A stretch of DNA of 63,801 nt, the filler included, from Olpidium bornovanus S191 (lineage: Eukaryota; Fungi; Olpidiomycota): NCBI GenBank assembly GCA_017911155.1. It is 28 parts of 28 records of this genome, joined end to end, with 100 filler letters (N's around TTAATTAATTAA, not from the genome) between each part and the next. Parts side by side here need not be neighbours in the genome. Positions count along the whole stretch, not along the records: positions 50,406 to 54,654 come from JAEFCI010006820.1; positions 54,755 to 56,339 come from JAEFCI010010965.1; positions 56,440 to 57,747 come from JAEFCI010010611.1; positions 57,848 to 59,188 come from JAEFCI010010170.1; positions 59,289 to 60,982 come from JAEFCI010001346.1; positions 61,083 to 63,801 come from JAEFCI010000268.1; 22 more parts are not named here. One strand, 5' to 3'. The notes under the pieces are model-generated. The model ran no database searches, was not told the origin of the DNA, and worked only from the letters and a program-made list of their open reading frames with translations. Shown here in pieces: positions 51,707 to 63,640 of this stretch. Each line of letters opens with the position of its first letter. Position 1 is the stretch's first letter. The position numbers were made by a program, and so were the translations under genes.

Positions 51707-54071
51707 TCAGATTAGAACCCGATAGATGCCGCGGTCGCGGTTTCTACAAAACAGCTGAAAAACGCAATGACAAAAGAATGGTGTGCGCCCTTACACGCAC
51801 CATGAAAAGACACCAGTTCCAAATCTGCTGCGAGTTCAGAAAGTGGTCAAACCTGTACGGGAAACGGGACTCGGGGATCCGTTCGGTGTCTGGCGAAAAA
51901 ATGAGGACAGGGCAGTGCGGGAGTTAGACCACGAGCAGCACCGTATACCGAAGAAGTGGCAGAGATGCACGTTCTAGATCCGGGAAATGTCGAAAAGATG
52001 TGGAAACGTCCGAAGCAACATACAACACCAATATCCGAAAAGGTAGGCGCAGACGCCGAGGAACGGCGCCCAGGAGTCCTGGAATACGGCGAAGGCCATG
52101 TCGGAACCCGGGTAGGACAGTGAATGGATGGCCATCAGCATCACCGGAGCAATGATCATCAGGTAATAGTAGCGATGGAGTCGCCGAAAGAATCCGCTAT
52201 AGAACGCGTTCGTCCACGGAATCCACAATCCGAGCGCAGTAACGGTGGAAGTGGCCAGGACCAGCTTGTGCCGCAACACGAGGTCACAGGTGGTAGAGAA
52301 GTGGATAACAGAGAAACCGAGTGCAAACGCTAAAGGGCACAAGGGCCCGTCCGGAGTGTTTGACCGTTTGAATAGGGCAAAGGCCGTTAAGAGAGTTCGC
52401 CCCCGTTTAAAATGTAAGAGCAACGAAACAGGAGACAAATACCTACTCCCAACAAAAAACAAGTTATAGTCCAGAAGGCAGACCCTGTTGTGAACGAGCC
52501 GGTTCTTGTGGGGCCGGAAAACATCGTACGCCGCCGAAAACAGGGATGACATGGCGATCAAAGTGCAGTAGCCGGCGATTACGTAGCTCTCGGCAGGGGC
52601 GCCGAAGAAGTTATTCTCCGATTCCCTGTTGTATAATCCCGCACCAGGGTAAGCGAAGTTCTGGAAGGCCAAATAACTGAACAACCCCGAAGACGCAAAA
52701 AGCGTCCAGATAGCCACTGCGGACAGAAAATTCAACAATGTCATGATTTGCGTTAACAAAGTTCCTCCTTTAGAAATAGCGTCGATAAACACGATCAAAC
52801 CCACCGGTGTCGTTGTGCCAGGCAAAAATGCTCCTTATGCACTGCATTGTGCTGTATTCGATCCTGTATCCCGTCATTATGTCTTGTGACTCGCGCAAGT
52901 GCTCCGGAAGACAGTCAAATTCGTAGAGTGGAAGGCCGCCCATGCCTTCGAATTCCTCCTCAACCTCGTCAGAATCCTCCTCCGGAACGAAGTCGCTGTC
53001 GTCATCGTCGTCACCCCCAAACAAATCCTCTGCCTCACGCATATGCCGCCCTGGGCGAGGACCTTCGCCTTCGCTGTCACCCGGCGGGCCGGGCGAAGAG
53101 GGCGCACCCCCGGGGAAGCTTCGAGTCGCAGTGAAAGAAGCAAAGGACGGTGACTCGCCGGCGAGCTGGCCGCGGGAAAACAGCACCGGAGTCCCCTTGC
53201 CGTTGGCGACAGGGGCAACCGACGACAGAACAAACGGATCGTTGGTGTCAGAGGAATTGGATGCCTGCTGCTTGTGGTTGCTTCTGTTGTGTGTTCCAGG
53301 GGGGCGCAAGTCCGGGATTGACGCCAAACGCGGCGAGTGCAGCCTCCTCCCGGTCGAGCGCGTCGGAGTCTCCGGCGCCTGATTCGCAGAATTCTGCTTT
53401 CCAGGGCGTTCCTCCTCATATCCCCCCTCGTCGTCTTCCAACTGATCGAACGTCGGGCTGCTCGGCAGGCGCATGTCCGCAACCGCTCGGGCGAAGCGAT
53501 TCCGGACCGCGGCGATCCTGTGCCGGACTCCAGAGCTGGCAAGCGAAGGCGAGGGCGGCGCCCTGGAATCGTCCCTAGCGAGATCGTGGCGGGGATCACG
53601 ATTCTCGTGTTCGCCGCTCGGGCCAGACGCGTCACGACGGGGCGCAGCCGTTGTCGCCGCGGATGATTGAGACGCGGTGTCCCCGCGCCGCGCGGCGTTG
53701 CGGCGAACGATTGTTTCCAGCAGGCTGGGCTTTCCTCTCGTGCTGGATGGCTTGACCAGAGGGGTTGCCGGCGGTAAAGGTTCGTTCGCGACCCGAACGT
53801 CGTCGTCCTCCGGATCACGGCCGGCTCCTGGCTTCCCCCGGCTGGACAGATCGGCGAGCCGCGCCGACGGAACCGGCGGACGCGGAGGCACAAACACGGG
53901 CGGGAGGGCACTCTTGGCGCCCTGGGCGGTGGCGGCGAGTTCGCGTTCTCGCGCGGCTGCTGCCGCGGCGACAAACTCTGGCCGCCGGACTCCCGGCTTC
54001 ACGGGCTGGCGAAGAACCGCCAGGTCTGGATCGGACATGGACTCTGCCATGGCCGTCCTGCTCTGCTCCAT
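51707..54071 (-). CDS. PAQR (AdipoR/Izh) family membrane protein with a long disordered N-terminus; 3' end approximate
   Basis: LPEHLRESQDIMTGYR..QCIRSIFAWHNDT / VAIWTL..FSAAYDVFRPH..LLDY / RIPESRFPYRFDHFLNSQQIWNW follow the PAQR motifs LPxWL..ILTGYR, HNETVNIWTH, SxxxH, LDY and PER.FPG.FD..G.SHQIWH. Confidence 0.82.
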
Positions 54072-54754
54072 ATATCTCGCCTCACCGCGATGTTTGCGGC
54101 AACCCCTTTTTTTTTTCCTTTCCTTTTTAGTTTTCCCCTCTTTTTTTTCCTTTTTTTTTTTCTACTTCTTTTTTGGCACCCCTTCGCCCGTCTGTTGTCG
54201 TGAACCGGGTCGCAAAAGGCAGTTCGGTTCCGCACTGGGAATCACTGTGTCCCCGTCGTAATCTATTCAGGGCTACGGCAACTACCGGCTCTCTTTTCCT
54301 CAAGGACGGATGGAGACACACGGCTCTGAGGGAAGTTGCAGAAGCCTGACGCGCAGCTGTTCTTGGTGAAGGAAATGACTCCAAATATTTCCGTGATGAA
54401 TTTTGCCACAGTACACAGCTGACACTGTTTGGAGTTATTGGTTTCTCGCCAGTTTGGCGGCCGCGTAATCTATTCAAAAAATTCTAATATATATGTAATA
54501 CAATGAAGGCTCCAAACCAAGCTCAACACTCCTCCTTGTTGTGAGATAGAGGTGAATGAACACATTAAAGGCATTAGGGCTTTGGGACACTTACTGTAAA
54601 GGTATCAGCTACATTCGCGGTAGTGGCAATGAGATTGATGAAATTTAAACATGANNNNNNNNNNNNNNNNNNNNNNNNNNNNNNNNNNNNNNNNNNNNTT
54701 AATTAATTAANNNNNNNNNNNNNNNNNNNNNNNNNNNNNNNNNNNNNNNNNNNN

Positions 54755-56105
54755 CATGCGCAAAAAACTCCAGGGGTAGCGTCGTCCCAAGGGCCGCCTT
54801 GAGCTGGCGCCTATTTCGGATGCGCAAAAAAAAAGGTGTGTGCGTGCACGCGTGCGTGCGTGCGTGAGTGAGGGAGTGAGCAAGTGAGTGAGTGAGCGAG
54901 CGAGTGAGTGAGTGAGTGAGTGAGTGAGTGTGTGGAGGGTCACATCAGAATCTCCCCGTTCCTACAACGTCAATGCGCACGGGCTTTCGTAGGAAGAACG
55001 TACCCGATCGACTCCGCTGTCGCCTTATCTGTCGCGGTGCGGGTCCAGAGGGAAAGCCGGAAGACGGCTTTCCGCACGCCCAGGACGACCCCGCAGACCT
55101 CCTCCTCGTTCTCGAAATGCCCGCCAACGCACGCGAGGAGCTGGCCCGCGATCCGCACGCAGGGAACGGAAGGCGCCACGTATCAGCGAACGCCAGCCTG
55201 GCGATTTGCGCGGGGCTTTCCGCACGGCGGGGCCGCGGGGACCAAAGGGAAGAAGGATCGAACATCGCCGGCAAAAGTCAGAGCGAGCACATACCGCGTT
55301 CAGCCACTGCTGGCTGACTTCCTCGCCTATTCTCCTCATGTACTGAACGGTCCACCTGCCGCCCTTCTCGTTCGCCGGGTCCTCCCACATGGGCATTATC
55401 CCCCGCTTGAAGAAGTGGTAGGTAGCGCCCACGGGCAGGTTGGAAGCCAGGACGACGTTGTTGTAGACGCTGAGGGCGAACAGAAAAAAAAAACGCGGCA
55501 ACCGCTCGTCATGATCGCCACCGGGCCGCGCTTCCCCTCGACCGCAGGGACCGACCGCTGCAGACGAAAAGCCTAACCATTCACACACGGGCGCGTCTCC
55601 CGCGAGCGAGGGGCTGGAGCAAATAAGCGACACGCGGGAGCTTACCCCCAAAACTCCTCGACCGTGTCGAAGGTGATCAGCTCCTTCAGGTTCTGCGACC
55701 ACAAAGCCTCGGCAGTCTTTTGCGCCGGGTTGTCATACCACAACGTCCACGCGTGGTGGAGCGGGTGCACGACATTGAAATTCACCGGATCCGAGAACAC
55801 GGTGACCATTCCGGACGTCGGGGGCTCGCGCGCAGGCGGCGCGCCGGCGGAAGCCTCGACCTCCGTACCTGCACCGGTAGCGAGGCGAAAGAGGCAAGGC
55901 GGTAAGGGGCACGGTTTCGTCGCGCTCAAGTTCTCAGTGGGACACTCAAAGACCGCGGGCCCCCCTTCTCCACCCGCTCGCCCGGTTTCCACGCGGGGGC
56001 TCGCGGCTGCGCACCTTTTTCCGGGTCCGGCGGCTGGGCGCCCAGCTGCAAGGGCTGCGGCGGCGGCGGCATCACCTGGGGGAGGGGGCAGGCGGCGGCC
56101 ATTGG
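54755..56105 (-). CDS. EIF4E: Eukaryotic translation initiation factor 4E (class I), 3'-partial; first exon uncertain
   Basis: HPLHHAWTLWYD..WSQNL..FDTVEEFWG / YHFFKRGIMPMWEDPANEKGGRW..QQWLNA / EEVCGVVLGVRK..LSLWT / RQLKAALG..LEFFAH. All eight conserved Trp residues are present. Confidence 0.96.
54864..54930. repeat. (GAGT)n microsatellite in an eIF4E intron
   Basis: gagtgagtgagt.. run, preceded by (GTGC)n. Confidence 0.9.
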
Positions 56106-56285
56106 GGGCGTTGTTTTCGGCGGGCTGTATCTTTCTTTCTTTCTTTCTTTCCTCCGTTCCTTTTTCCTTTTCGGAAAGGAATAGCCCTGGAATTTTCTTC
56201 TTCTTCTTCTTTTTGTTCTTCTGTTCCGTTGTTGGACCGGGGCGGGGTTCCCCCCCCCCCCCCCCCCCGGGGGGGGGGGGGGAGG

Positions 56286-56338
<53 letters not shown>

Positions 56339-58326
56339 CNNNNNNNNNNNNNNNNNNNNNNNNNNNNNNNNNNNNNNNNNNNNTTAATTAATTAANNNNN
56401 NNNNNNNNNNNNNNNNNNNNNNNNNNNNNNNNNNNNNNNATCACTTGCTGGAATGTGTGGAATGTATCCAACAGACGACCTGTTTCCTCGGTTCTGAGCC
56501 GGAACAATAATTTTTCAAACTGCCGAGGAGACCCGGCGGCCCTTTTCTGCCGCATGGCGCGACACGCCCGAGACGCTTTTCGGACGTTCCCTCCTCCCTC
56601 CCCCCTCCGCCTCCGTCCCTTTTCTGCGGTACACGGGGCCGTCGGCAACGTACGGCAATTTTTGCTTAAACGGAAAAATAATGGCAACCTCGCGCCGAGG
56701 GCGTGTAAAACACCGCACGGTTTTTTTTTTCGGCCGCAAGGTACAATCGGCTTTTTTTGTTTTGTTTTGTTTTGGATTGTCTTGGTTTGGCAGGGCCACG
56801 TCCCGCCGCATTTCTCCTCTCGATAGGTAAAATCTAAAACAAAAACCAATGATTTTTGATGAAGCAAGCTCCTTAGGCACCGTGTATAATATGCGCCGGG
56901 AAGCATCCCGATTTGCCGGAGCCGCTTTCCGAGGCGTAGCACCGTCTTCGGAAAGCCGGCGAAATGGCGGCAGGGGACATCTACCCTACCGAAGAGTCTG
57001 GGTTTCCCTCGTCCACTCCTGCGAGCAGTCCGGCCCCGGTACCTGGGAGTTTTTGTTGTTTTTTTTTTTTGGCCAGCTGGCCCCACACAACCCGTGGTGT
57101 CAAATTGGTCCCCTCCCCCCTCATCCTTTCCCTTTTCGCGTTGTCGCATGCTTCTTTTCTCGTTCTCCGTTGTTTTGATAGCAGGCCGCATGCGGCGGCA
57201 AGTGAAAAGAAACAACAGAAAAAAACCAAAAAGAGAAGGAATTCGGAGGCAGAAGCAGGGTCAAGGGAACACACAAGATTCAGCGAAAAATTAGCGCCAC
57301 AATCCTGTAGAACTTCGCCCCCTTGTGAAATTCCCGGGTGCGTTGTGTCCCGGCCGCCGGCCGCAGTGCGTTACCCCGGCGTAGTCTTGTCCGATTTCCT
57401 CAAATTGCGTAAGCATTGGCGGTGGTCAGCATGGAGTGGTCAGCGTGGGCCTGCGTCGCGGGAAGTGACCAGCTAAATGGAGATGGCAGCCCGCTTCCCG
57501 GCTGGCCCGAACAGAGTGGGATACTGGCCTAGGAAAAAAAAAAACACTCTGCTTCCGGGGAACCCAGAATTTTGCAGGGTTTTTGCCAGTACTTTTTTTT
57601 TGCGGTCACTTTCACATATCAGCCTCTATACTCTCTCCTTGCAGCACTGTCGTACTAGCAGAGTTTGCTTTACTTTTTTTAGGTCACTTCCAGAAATCAC
57701 TTCTTATACTCTCCCCTTGCCGGCACCGGCTGTCGGAATCGCGAAAANNNNNNNNNNNNNNNNNNNNNNNNNNNNNNNNNNNNNNNNNNNNTTAATTAAT
57801 TAANNNNNNNNNNNNNNNNNNNNNNNNNNNNNNNNNNNNNNNNNNNNCACCCAACCGCTGCACGTTCTTGGCAGGAGAGCCAGGGCCCGACCGAGGCTAA
57901 CACCGGCTACAACGGACGACGAACGAAAACCGAGCACGGCCTCTCAACGACGAAACGTCCAGTTAAGAGAGACAATAGTATGACCTTCTTGTAGAATAAA
58001 GAGGGGGGTTGAGCCGTAGACACACTGTGCGCACCAGCCCGCGCTACGTATTGTGGAGAGTGTTGTGGTTCCGCAAAGGTTTCTTGTGTGCCAGGGTTAC
58101 CCTGGTATTTACCGTAAAAATCAGGATGGTGCCGTCTAAGCAAAACAAAACCGAGTTTAAGGTTTAGGCTAAGCTTGGAAAAGGAAGAAGCTCCTGTGAC
58201 GTTATTCTTGTTTTCATTGGTGTATTTCTAAGGGGGCTCTGTTTCCGGTGAACTTCTGCGGCGCGCTCACGCCATAGGCACAACTCCACCACCATTTTCC
58301 CCACCGCTGCGGAAGACACAGAAGGA

Positions 58327-58890
58327 GTGAACAGCCAAAGAGGAAGTTTTTCCCGCACGTTGGACGCGCGAGAAGCCGCCCTGCATGAGAGGGAAGAACG
58401 CCTTGCCCGTTTAGAAGAAGAACTCACGGCCAAACAGGCCGCAGCAACAGATGCCGCCACAGGCACACACGCGTTAAAGAACGAACTAACCGCGCTCGTT
58501 GAGAGCCGTTTTTCTCAACTTCTCTCCCTCCTCGAGCGCCAAACTCAACAAGCCAACGCTCCACCGCAGCAAGAGCGCAAACCAAGCTCAGCAGGCAAAG
58601 GCCCTGTCTCTGAACCTTACTACCCTGAACCTCGTCATTATCAAGAATACAATGAGAATGCCCACTCCGACACGTCCAGAGGTCACCCAAATTTCCCCAC
58701 ACCCTCACAAGACGCCGACCCAGAAATAAAACTTGCCTACTCCATGGTTAAGCCACTGCTAGCAGATGTCCCAGTCTATGACGGGACAGGGGGTGCTGCC
58801 TCACTCGAGAACTTTATTAGCAAGTTTGACGCGTATTCAACAGAGGTTACTGACCTCGTTCCTGAACGCAATCAACTCCTACAGGCAGCA
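58327..58890 (+). mobile_element. LTR-retrotransposon gag, N-terminal part, truncated
   Basis: Coiled coil (EAALHEREERLARLEEEL), then VPVYDGTGGAASLENFISKFDAY, the P.F/Y.G....L..F...F..Y start of a capsid domain. The frame runs into unrelated GC-rich repeats near 58890. Confidence 0.7.
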
Positions 58891-59081
58891 GGCTGTGCTG
58901 TAGCACGGCCCTCGAACCGTCGCCCTTGACCGACACCACGGAAGGCGGGCGAAGGGCGGAGGACGAAGGGCGGAGGACGAGGGGCGCAGGGCAAAGGGCA
59001 AGAGGCGGTCGAAGGGCGGAAGCGGCGGCGGGATCGAGGGCAGGACGGCCCCCGAACCCGGGGGTCGACCAATAAAATAGT

Positions 59082-59160
59082 CCCCCTCGAAGCCCGCCAA
59101 TCGAAGAGCGCTTCCCCCCTTCCCCCCTCGAAGTCCGCCAATCGAAGAGCTTCCCCCCTT
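59082..59160. repeat. ~40-bp tandem duplication
   Basis: ccccctcgaag(c/t)ccgccaatcgaagagc(gc)ttcccccctt occurs twice. Confidence 0.9.
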
Positions 59161-59288
59161 GCCCCCATCCCCTCCCAGCGGCACACGCNNNNNNNNNNNN
59201 NNNNNNNNNNNNNNNNNNNNNNNNNNNNNNNNTTAATTAATTAANNNNNNNNNNNNNNNNNNNNNNNNNNNNNNNNNNNNNNNNNNNN

Positions 59289-60664
59289 CATGTCATAACA
59301 GATTCCAATCCCAAATTTGCCGTATGCTGGGCGTAATCAGTCCGCGCCGTCCGAGTGTCTGTGAGATAACCGGCGGAATGTTTCCGGAAAGCGCGGGGGC
59401 GACGGAACAGGAGAAAAAAAAAAAAAGCCGGCTGCAGCCTGGATGACCGTATCTTACGGGTGGACACTATGGTTATCGAGTTGCCTGGCGATAATGCCTC
59501 GCTCTCCTGCACGAGTACGCCAGTCAGCGAAACCAAAACGTGGGCGCTAGCTTTATCTAGATTCCAAATTCGAAGCGGTCGCCATACTTTAAAAGTAATC
59601 TTTCCCTTGATGTCAACGTCGAACAGGTGAATCTGGAAAGCTCACAAGATCCGTTTAAAACAGTGGCATTCTCGGGTGACAAAAACGACGATAACGGACG
59701 CGGGGTCACCTTTCTGTGCTTAGCAATAATTTCCCCTTTTTGTTTAAATCTCCATCGTTAACCTCAGTAAGGTGAATTCTTGCTGACGGCTTGATCCACC
59801 CTCACCCCGCCCCATCCCCAACGCCACTCCCAATTCCGCAGACGGCATCCGCGGACACAGAAGTGGCAGCGCGGTTACCCGTACCATCGCCGTCAAGCAC
59901 CAGACACGTGTTGTACAGTTTCCCGGCGTTGTCCTTTTCAGGTATCGACCCTGCATAACCGGGTGGGGCCACGCCAGCGCAGATTCCCGAATGAGCGTCG
60001 CATCGTCAACACACCCAGCTGACGTCTCCGTAGTACTTTCAGCATGTCTCGTTACCTCCAACCAACACCACGCCGGCTTCGCGCGCGATTTCTCGGAGAG
60101 CCGCAGTGGATTCACCCTCGGGGATATGTTCGGCGTATGAAGGGAAACATTTCACGCCGTAAGGTGAATTGAAGCACTCCTTGTTTTTTTTTTTTTTTTT
60201 AGAGAAAACGAAAAAAGAAAGAAAGAAAAGGTTAGGCGACAAACGTCGAACACGCGGGAACGTCGCGTTAGGGCTCGAAAAGCGCATCGGCCCGCCGCTT
60301 CATCAAAGTCTCAAGTGGAGCTTTCACGCGACACCCCGCTTACCGGCAGCACCACCACCTTTGCGCCTCCCTTCCTTGCGGCATCGACTGCCAGGGAGCG
60401 GGCCTTCGCGAGGTTGGCCTGTTTATCCGCCGTCACGAGCATCTGCGAGGGTGCGCCGGCAGCGGGAACGTCTTTAGGGGCGAGCGGCGCCGTCAGCCTG
60501 CTTAGCTCCGGGGCCCCCCGCGGGTTCCCAGCCCCCCGGACGAGGTGCGGTGGCGTTTTGCGAAGGTTTTGCGCGCCTGTCGACCAACCTACCTGACAGA
60601 GGGCGACGCGGAACGGCTTCTGGAGCGCCGTGCGTCCCATCCCCGAGGCGATGGCGGCCTGCAT
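59289..60664 (-). CDS. NIT2: Omega-amidase (nitrilase family, NIT2/Nit3), 3'-partial, many short exons
   Basis: FRVALCQ / [13 protein letters not shown] / [19 protein letters not shown] / [12 protein letters not shown] / EIIAKHRK / [15 protein letters not shown] / ESEALSPG / [11 protein letters not shown]. The E-K-C triad is present. Confidence 0.95.
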
Positions 60665-60705
60665 GTCCGCACTGCTATGTCCCCTCGTCTCCCCCGGTCT
60701 TTGCC

Positions 60706-60706
<1 letters not shown>

Positions 60707-60793
<87 letters not shown>

Positions 60794-60800
60794 CTCTCTC
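60707..60800. repeat. (TGTC)n-(TC)n compound microsatellite upstream of NIT2
   Basis: Directly visible; followed by (CA)n. Confidence 0.92.
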
Positions 60801-60874
60801 GGACACACCGCAGACACACACACACACCCACCCTTCCCCGCGATATATTAGAATTTTTTAGACAAGCGAGGAAA

Positions 60875-60982
<108 letters not shown>

Positions 60983-61082
60983 NNNNNNNNNNNNNNNNNN
61001 NNNNNNNNNNNNNNNNNNNNNNNNNNTTAATTAATTAANNNNNNNNNNNNNNNNNNNNNNNNNNNNNNNNNNNNNNNNNNNN

Positions 61083-61792
61083 CATGATGAGCGAAGTCAT
61101 CCCGCACGGTGTGTGGCTGGATGCGATGGATTTGCCGCTTGTTTTGAATTCGGCCCAATCGCTCACGTGTTAGCGTTTTTTGCTTGCCTACTCAATATAG
61201 GCAAGGAGAACCTGTACTTTTCCATATATGGCATCGTCGGGAAGACGAGCGCTTTTATGGGCCCGATTATCGCTGGTGTAAGAATGGGAACACCGGAGTC
61301 TCCAGTAGCCATTGTACGGTAGGTAAACGCCGATGCTGACGTGTGGTTATTCTTCCTAGCTTATCATAAACGCTACCGGAAACGACTGGTCAGGGGTATG
61401 TACATTTCACAATTCGCCGCTCGGGGGCAGAGTTTATGTTGTTAGCGCCGAAATCGACGTGTTTTCTCTCTCTTCCCCCCTCGTGACTAATATTTTTTTT
61501 TTCGGCTGGCGATTTTTTTTACCTGGCGCGCCCTTTTGATCCGCGAATACACGTTACCCACCCTCCCTCGCTTTTTCAGTTCCTCTTCTGCCTCCCGCTC
61601 ACCGTCCTCTCGATCGTGCTAGTGCAGCTCGTGAACGTGGAAAAGTCCAAGGTCGAGTGCGCGCGGTACCTCGCGGCCGAGGCGGCGGCGACTTGCGTCC
61701 CCCGGGATTCGTTCGCGCCGAGCGCGGCGTCGGCGGGTTACGGGTCGTCCGACTCCTACGAGAATCCGGTCGCGCCTGGCAAGATCGCGTGA
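61083..61792 (+). CDS. ATG22: Vacuolar amino-acid effluxer Atg22 (MFS/UMF1 family), C-terminal exons
   Basis: MMSEVIPH / GKENLYFSIYGIVGKTSAFMGPIIAG / LIINATGNDWSG / FLFCLPLTVLSIVLVQLVNVEKSKVEC..* resembles Atg22 ELIPPG.E..WYGLYSITDKSSSF.GPL.VG.I.DATGN. Confidence 0.8.
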
Positions 61793-62347
61793 AAAAAAGT
61801 GAGGGCGGTTTTTGCCCTCGGCGATTATTATTTTCGAAGACTCTGGACCGTGCTTTCGTTTTTTTCCCCCCCTTCCAGCTTTCGCCCTTTTCCCTCCCGC
61901 ACCCTCCCTCCCTGCCTGACCAGAGTAAGATAAAACTATCGGCGGAAAAGCGCGACACCGCACCAGGCGATCGCTTGTATAGAGTTATTTCCCCTGTCTT
62001 TTTCTCCTCCCCACTCTCCCTTCCCACCCGGCCCCCATGACAAAGCTTTTTTTTTCCAGCCAACTCTTTCCCGTCACGTTTTTCCCCCCGAACCACTACT
62101 TCCGTTTATACTCGTGCTTGGAGGGAGGGGGAGGGGAGCGACCGTGTTGGAAATAGCGGCCCTCCCCCGCGTCCCTTCACGTGTCCGATCCAAGGACGAT
62201 CTTTTGATATTCTTTTTTCTTCTGTTTTCAAATTTCACTTTTTTGCTTACCCTTTCTTTCACTTTTTTGCTTACCCTTTCCGCACCGCAGTCACCACCAG
62301 ATTTGAGCGTAATCTTTTTAACCATTCTTCTTTATTCTTTTTTTTTT

Positions 62348-62612
62348 GTTTTTTATCCTTTTTTTTTACGTCGGCTTCTGTATGAATATGGCCCCCTTAA
62401 CCAACCCCCCCCCGTGGTTTCTGACGAAAATTCGGCTCGGACGAACAAAAAAAATATAATAAAATAAAAATAAAAGGCGAGATTTATCTTTTTTTTTTTT
62501 TTTTTGTGTTTTTTATCCTTTTTTTTACGTCGGCTTCTGTATGAATATGGCCCCCTTAACCAACACCCCCCCGTGGTTTCTGACGAAAATTCGGCTCGGA
62601 CGAAGAAAAAAA
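62348..62612. repeat. Direct repeat, ~105-bp core with a 159-bp period
   Basis: acgtcggcttctgtatgaatatggcccccttaaccaac..ccgtggtttctgacgaaaattcggctcggacgaa begins at 62368 and 62527. Confidence 0.93.
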
Positions 62613-63001
62613 AATAAAATTCGGACGAAAATGTTTTGTTTTGTTTTGTTTTGTTTGTTTTGTTTTGTTTTGTTTTGTTTTTCGATGGGTCCTGCGTCGT
62701 GCACCTCTCCTTCCCCCACAACGCCGGGCCCCTCTCTTCCCCTCCCCCCCCCTTTTTTGGATACGCGAAGAAAAGTCACAGTGGGTCTCCGGAGGCGGCA
62801 TCTTGCGGGGTAAACAGAAACGCCGGAGGATAAAAAAAAAAAAAAGCACTTTGCCGGCCCGGCGGGAAAAAAAACCGGAAAAAAAAAAGGGACGAGACGG
62901 CTTGTTTGCGACGTCACGGGACTGGCGCAACGAGCGCACTCGGTGCGGCCGCTTAGCTGGGCGCCGGATCTGGAAGATGACGTCACGTGACTTGCGCGGC
63001 G

Positions 63002-63087
63002 GGCGCACGCAGGGGGGCCGCTTGCCAAGGCGCACGCAGGGGGGCCGCTTGCCAAGGCGCACGCAGGGGGGCCGCTTGCCAAGGCGC
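63002..63087. repeat. Perfect 27-bp tandem repeat x3
   Basis: ggcgcacgcaggggggccgcttgccaa at 63002, 63029 and 63056. Confidence 0.96.
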
Positions 63088-63640
63088 GATCATGGCGTCT
63101 CGTGACTTGCGCAGCAGGCGCACTCGATGGGGCCTATTCTCAAAACGCAAGCATGACGCCACATCATCATTATGACGGCCGCAGCTTGGCAGGTGAAGGG
63201 TTTGACGGCCCCGCCGTGACAAAATCGAAGCGTCAGAGCGGGTAAGAGCGAAGAAGGGGGATGGGAATGTGGAAGTCGACCGTCGGCAATTAGAATCACT
63301 GTTTTGGAGTGAAACCGTCCACAAGGCCTAGTTCCATCTGCTCCGACTGCCCACAGATGCTTTTCCCAAGAGCACGGTGCTGCTGCTGCGTGCACACTGC
63401 TAGACAGAACACCGTCACTTCCCTTCAACCGAGAGATTTGTGAAGGAAATACGTCATGTCGTTGTGCATTCTGGCCAAGCGACCTCACAGTAATTGAAAA
63501 CATCCTCCAAGCTTTGCAATGCGAGAGGCGGATTCCGCACGCATTGGGAACGAAAAGCTTGCAACTGAGTATCTTGGACAGTCAACTGGAAACTGATCTT
63601 TTTTCTGGACATTCATGTTTGCTATGTTGCAGGGAAATAC

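Noticed and set aside
63002-63087. 27-bp repeats, and the 159-bp-period repeat at 62348, as a CRISPR array
   Set aside because: The units are directly tandem or have similar intervening sequence. There are no unique spacers and no cas genes, and the context is eukaryotic.
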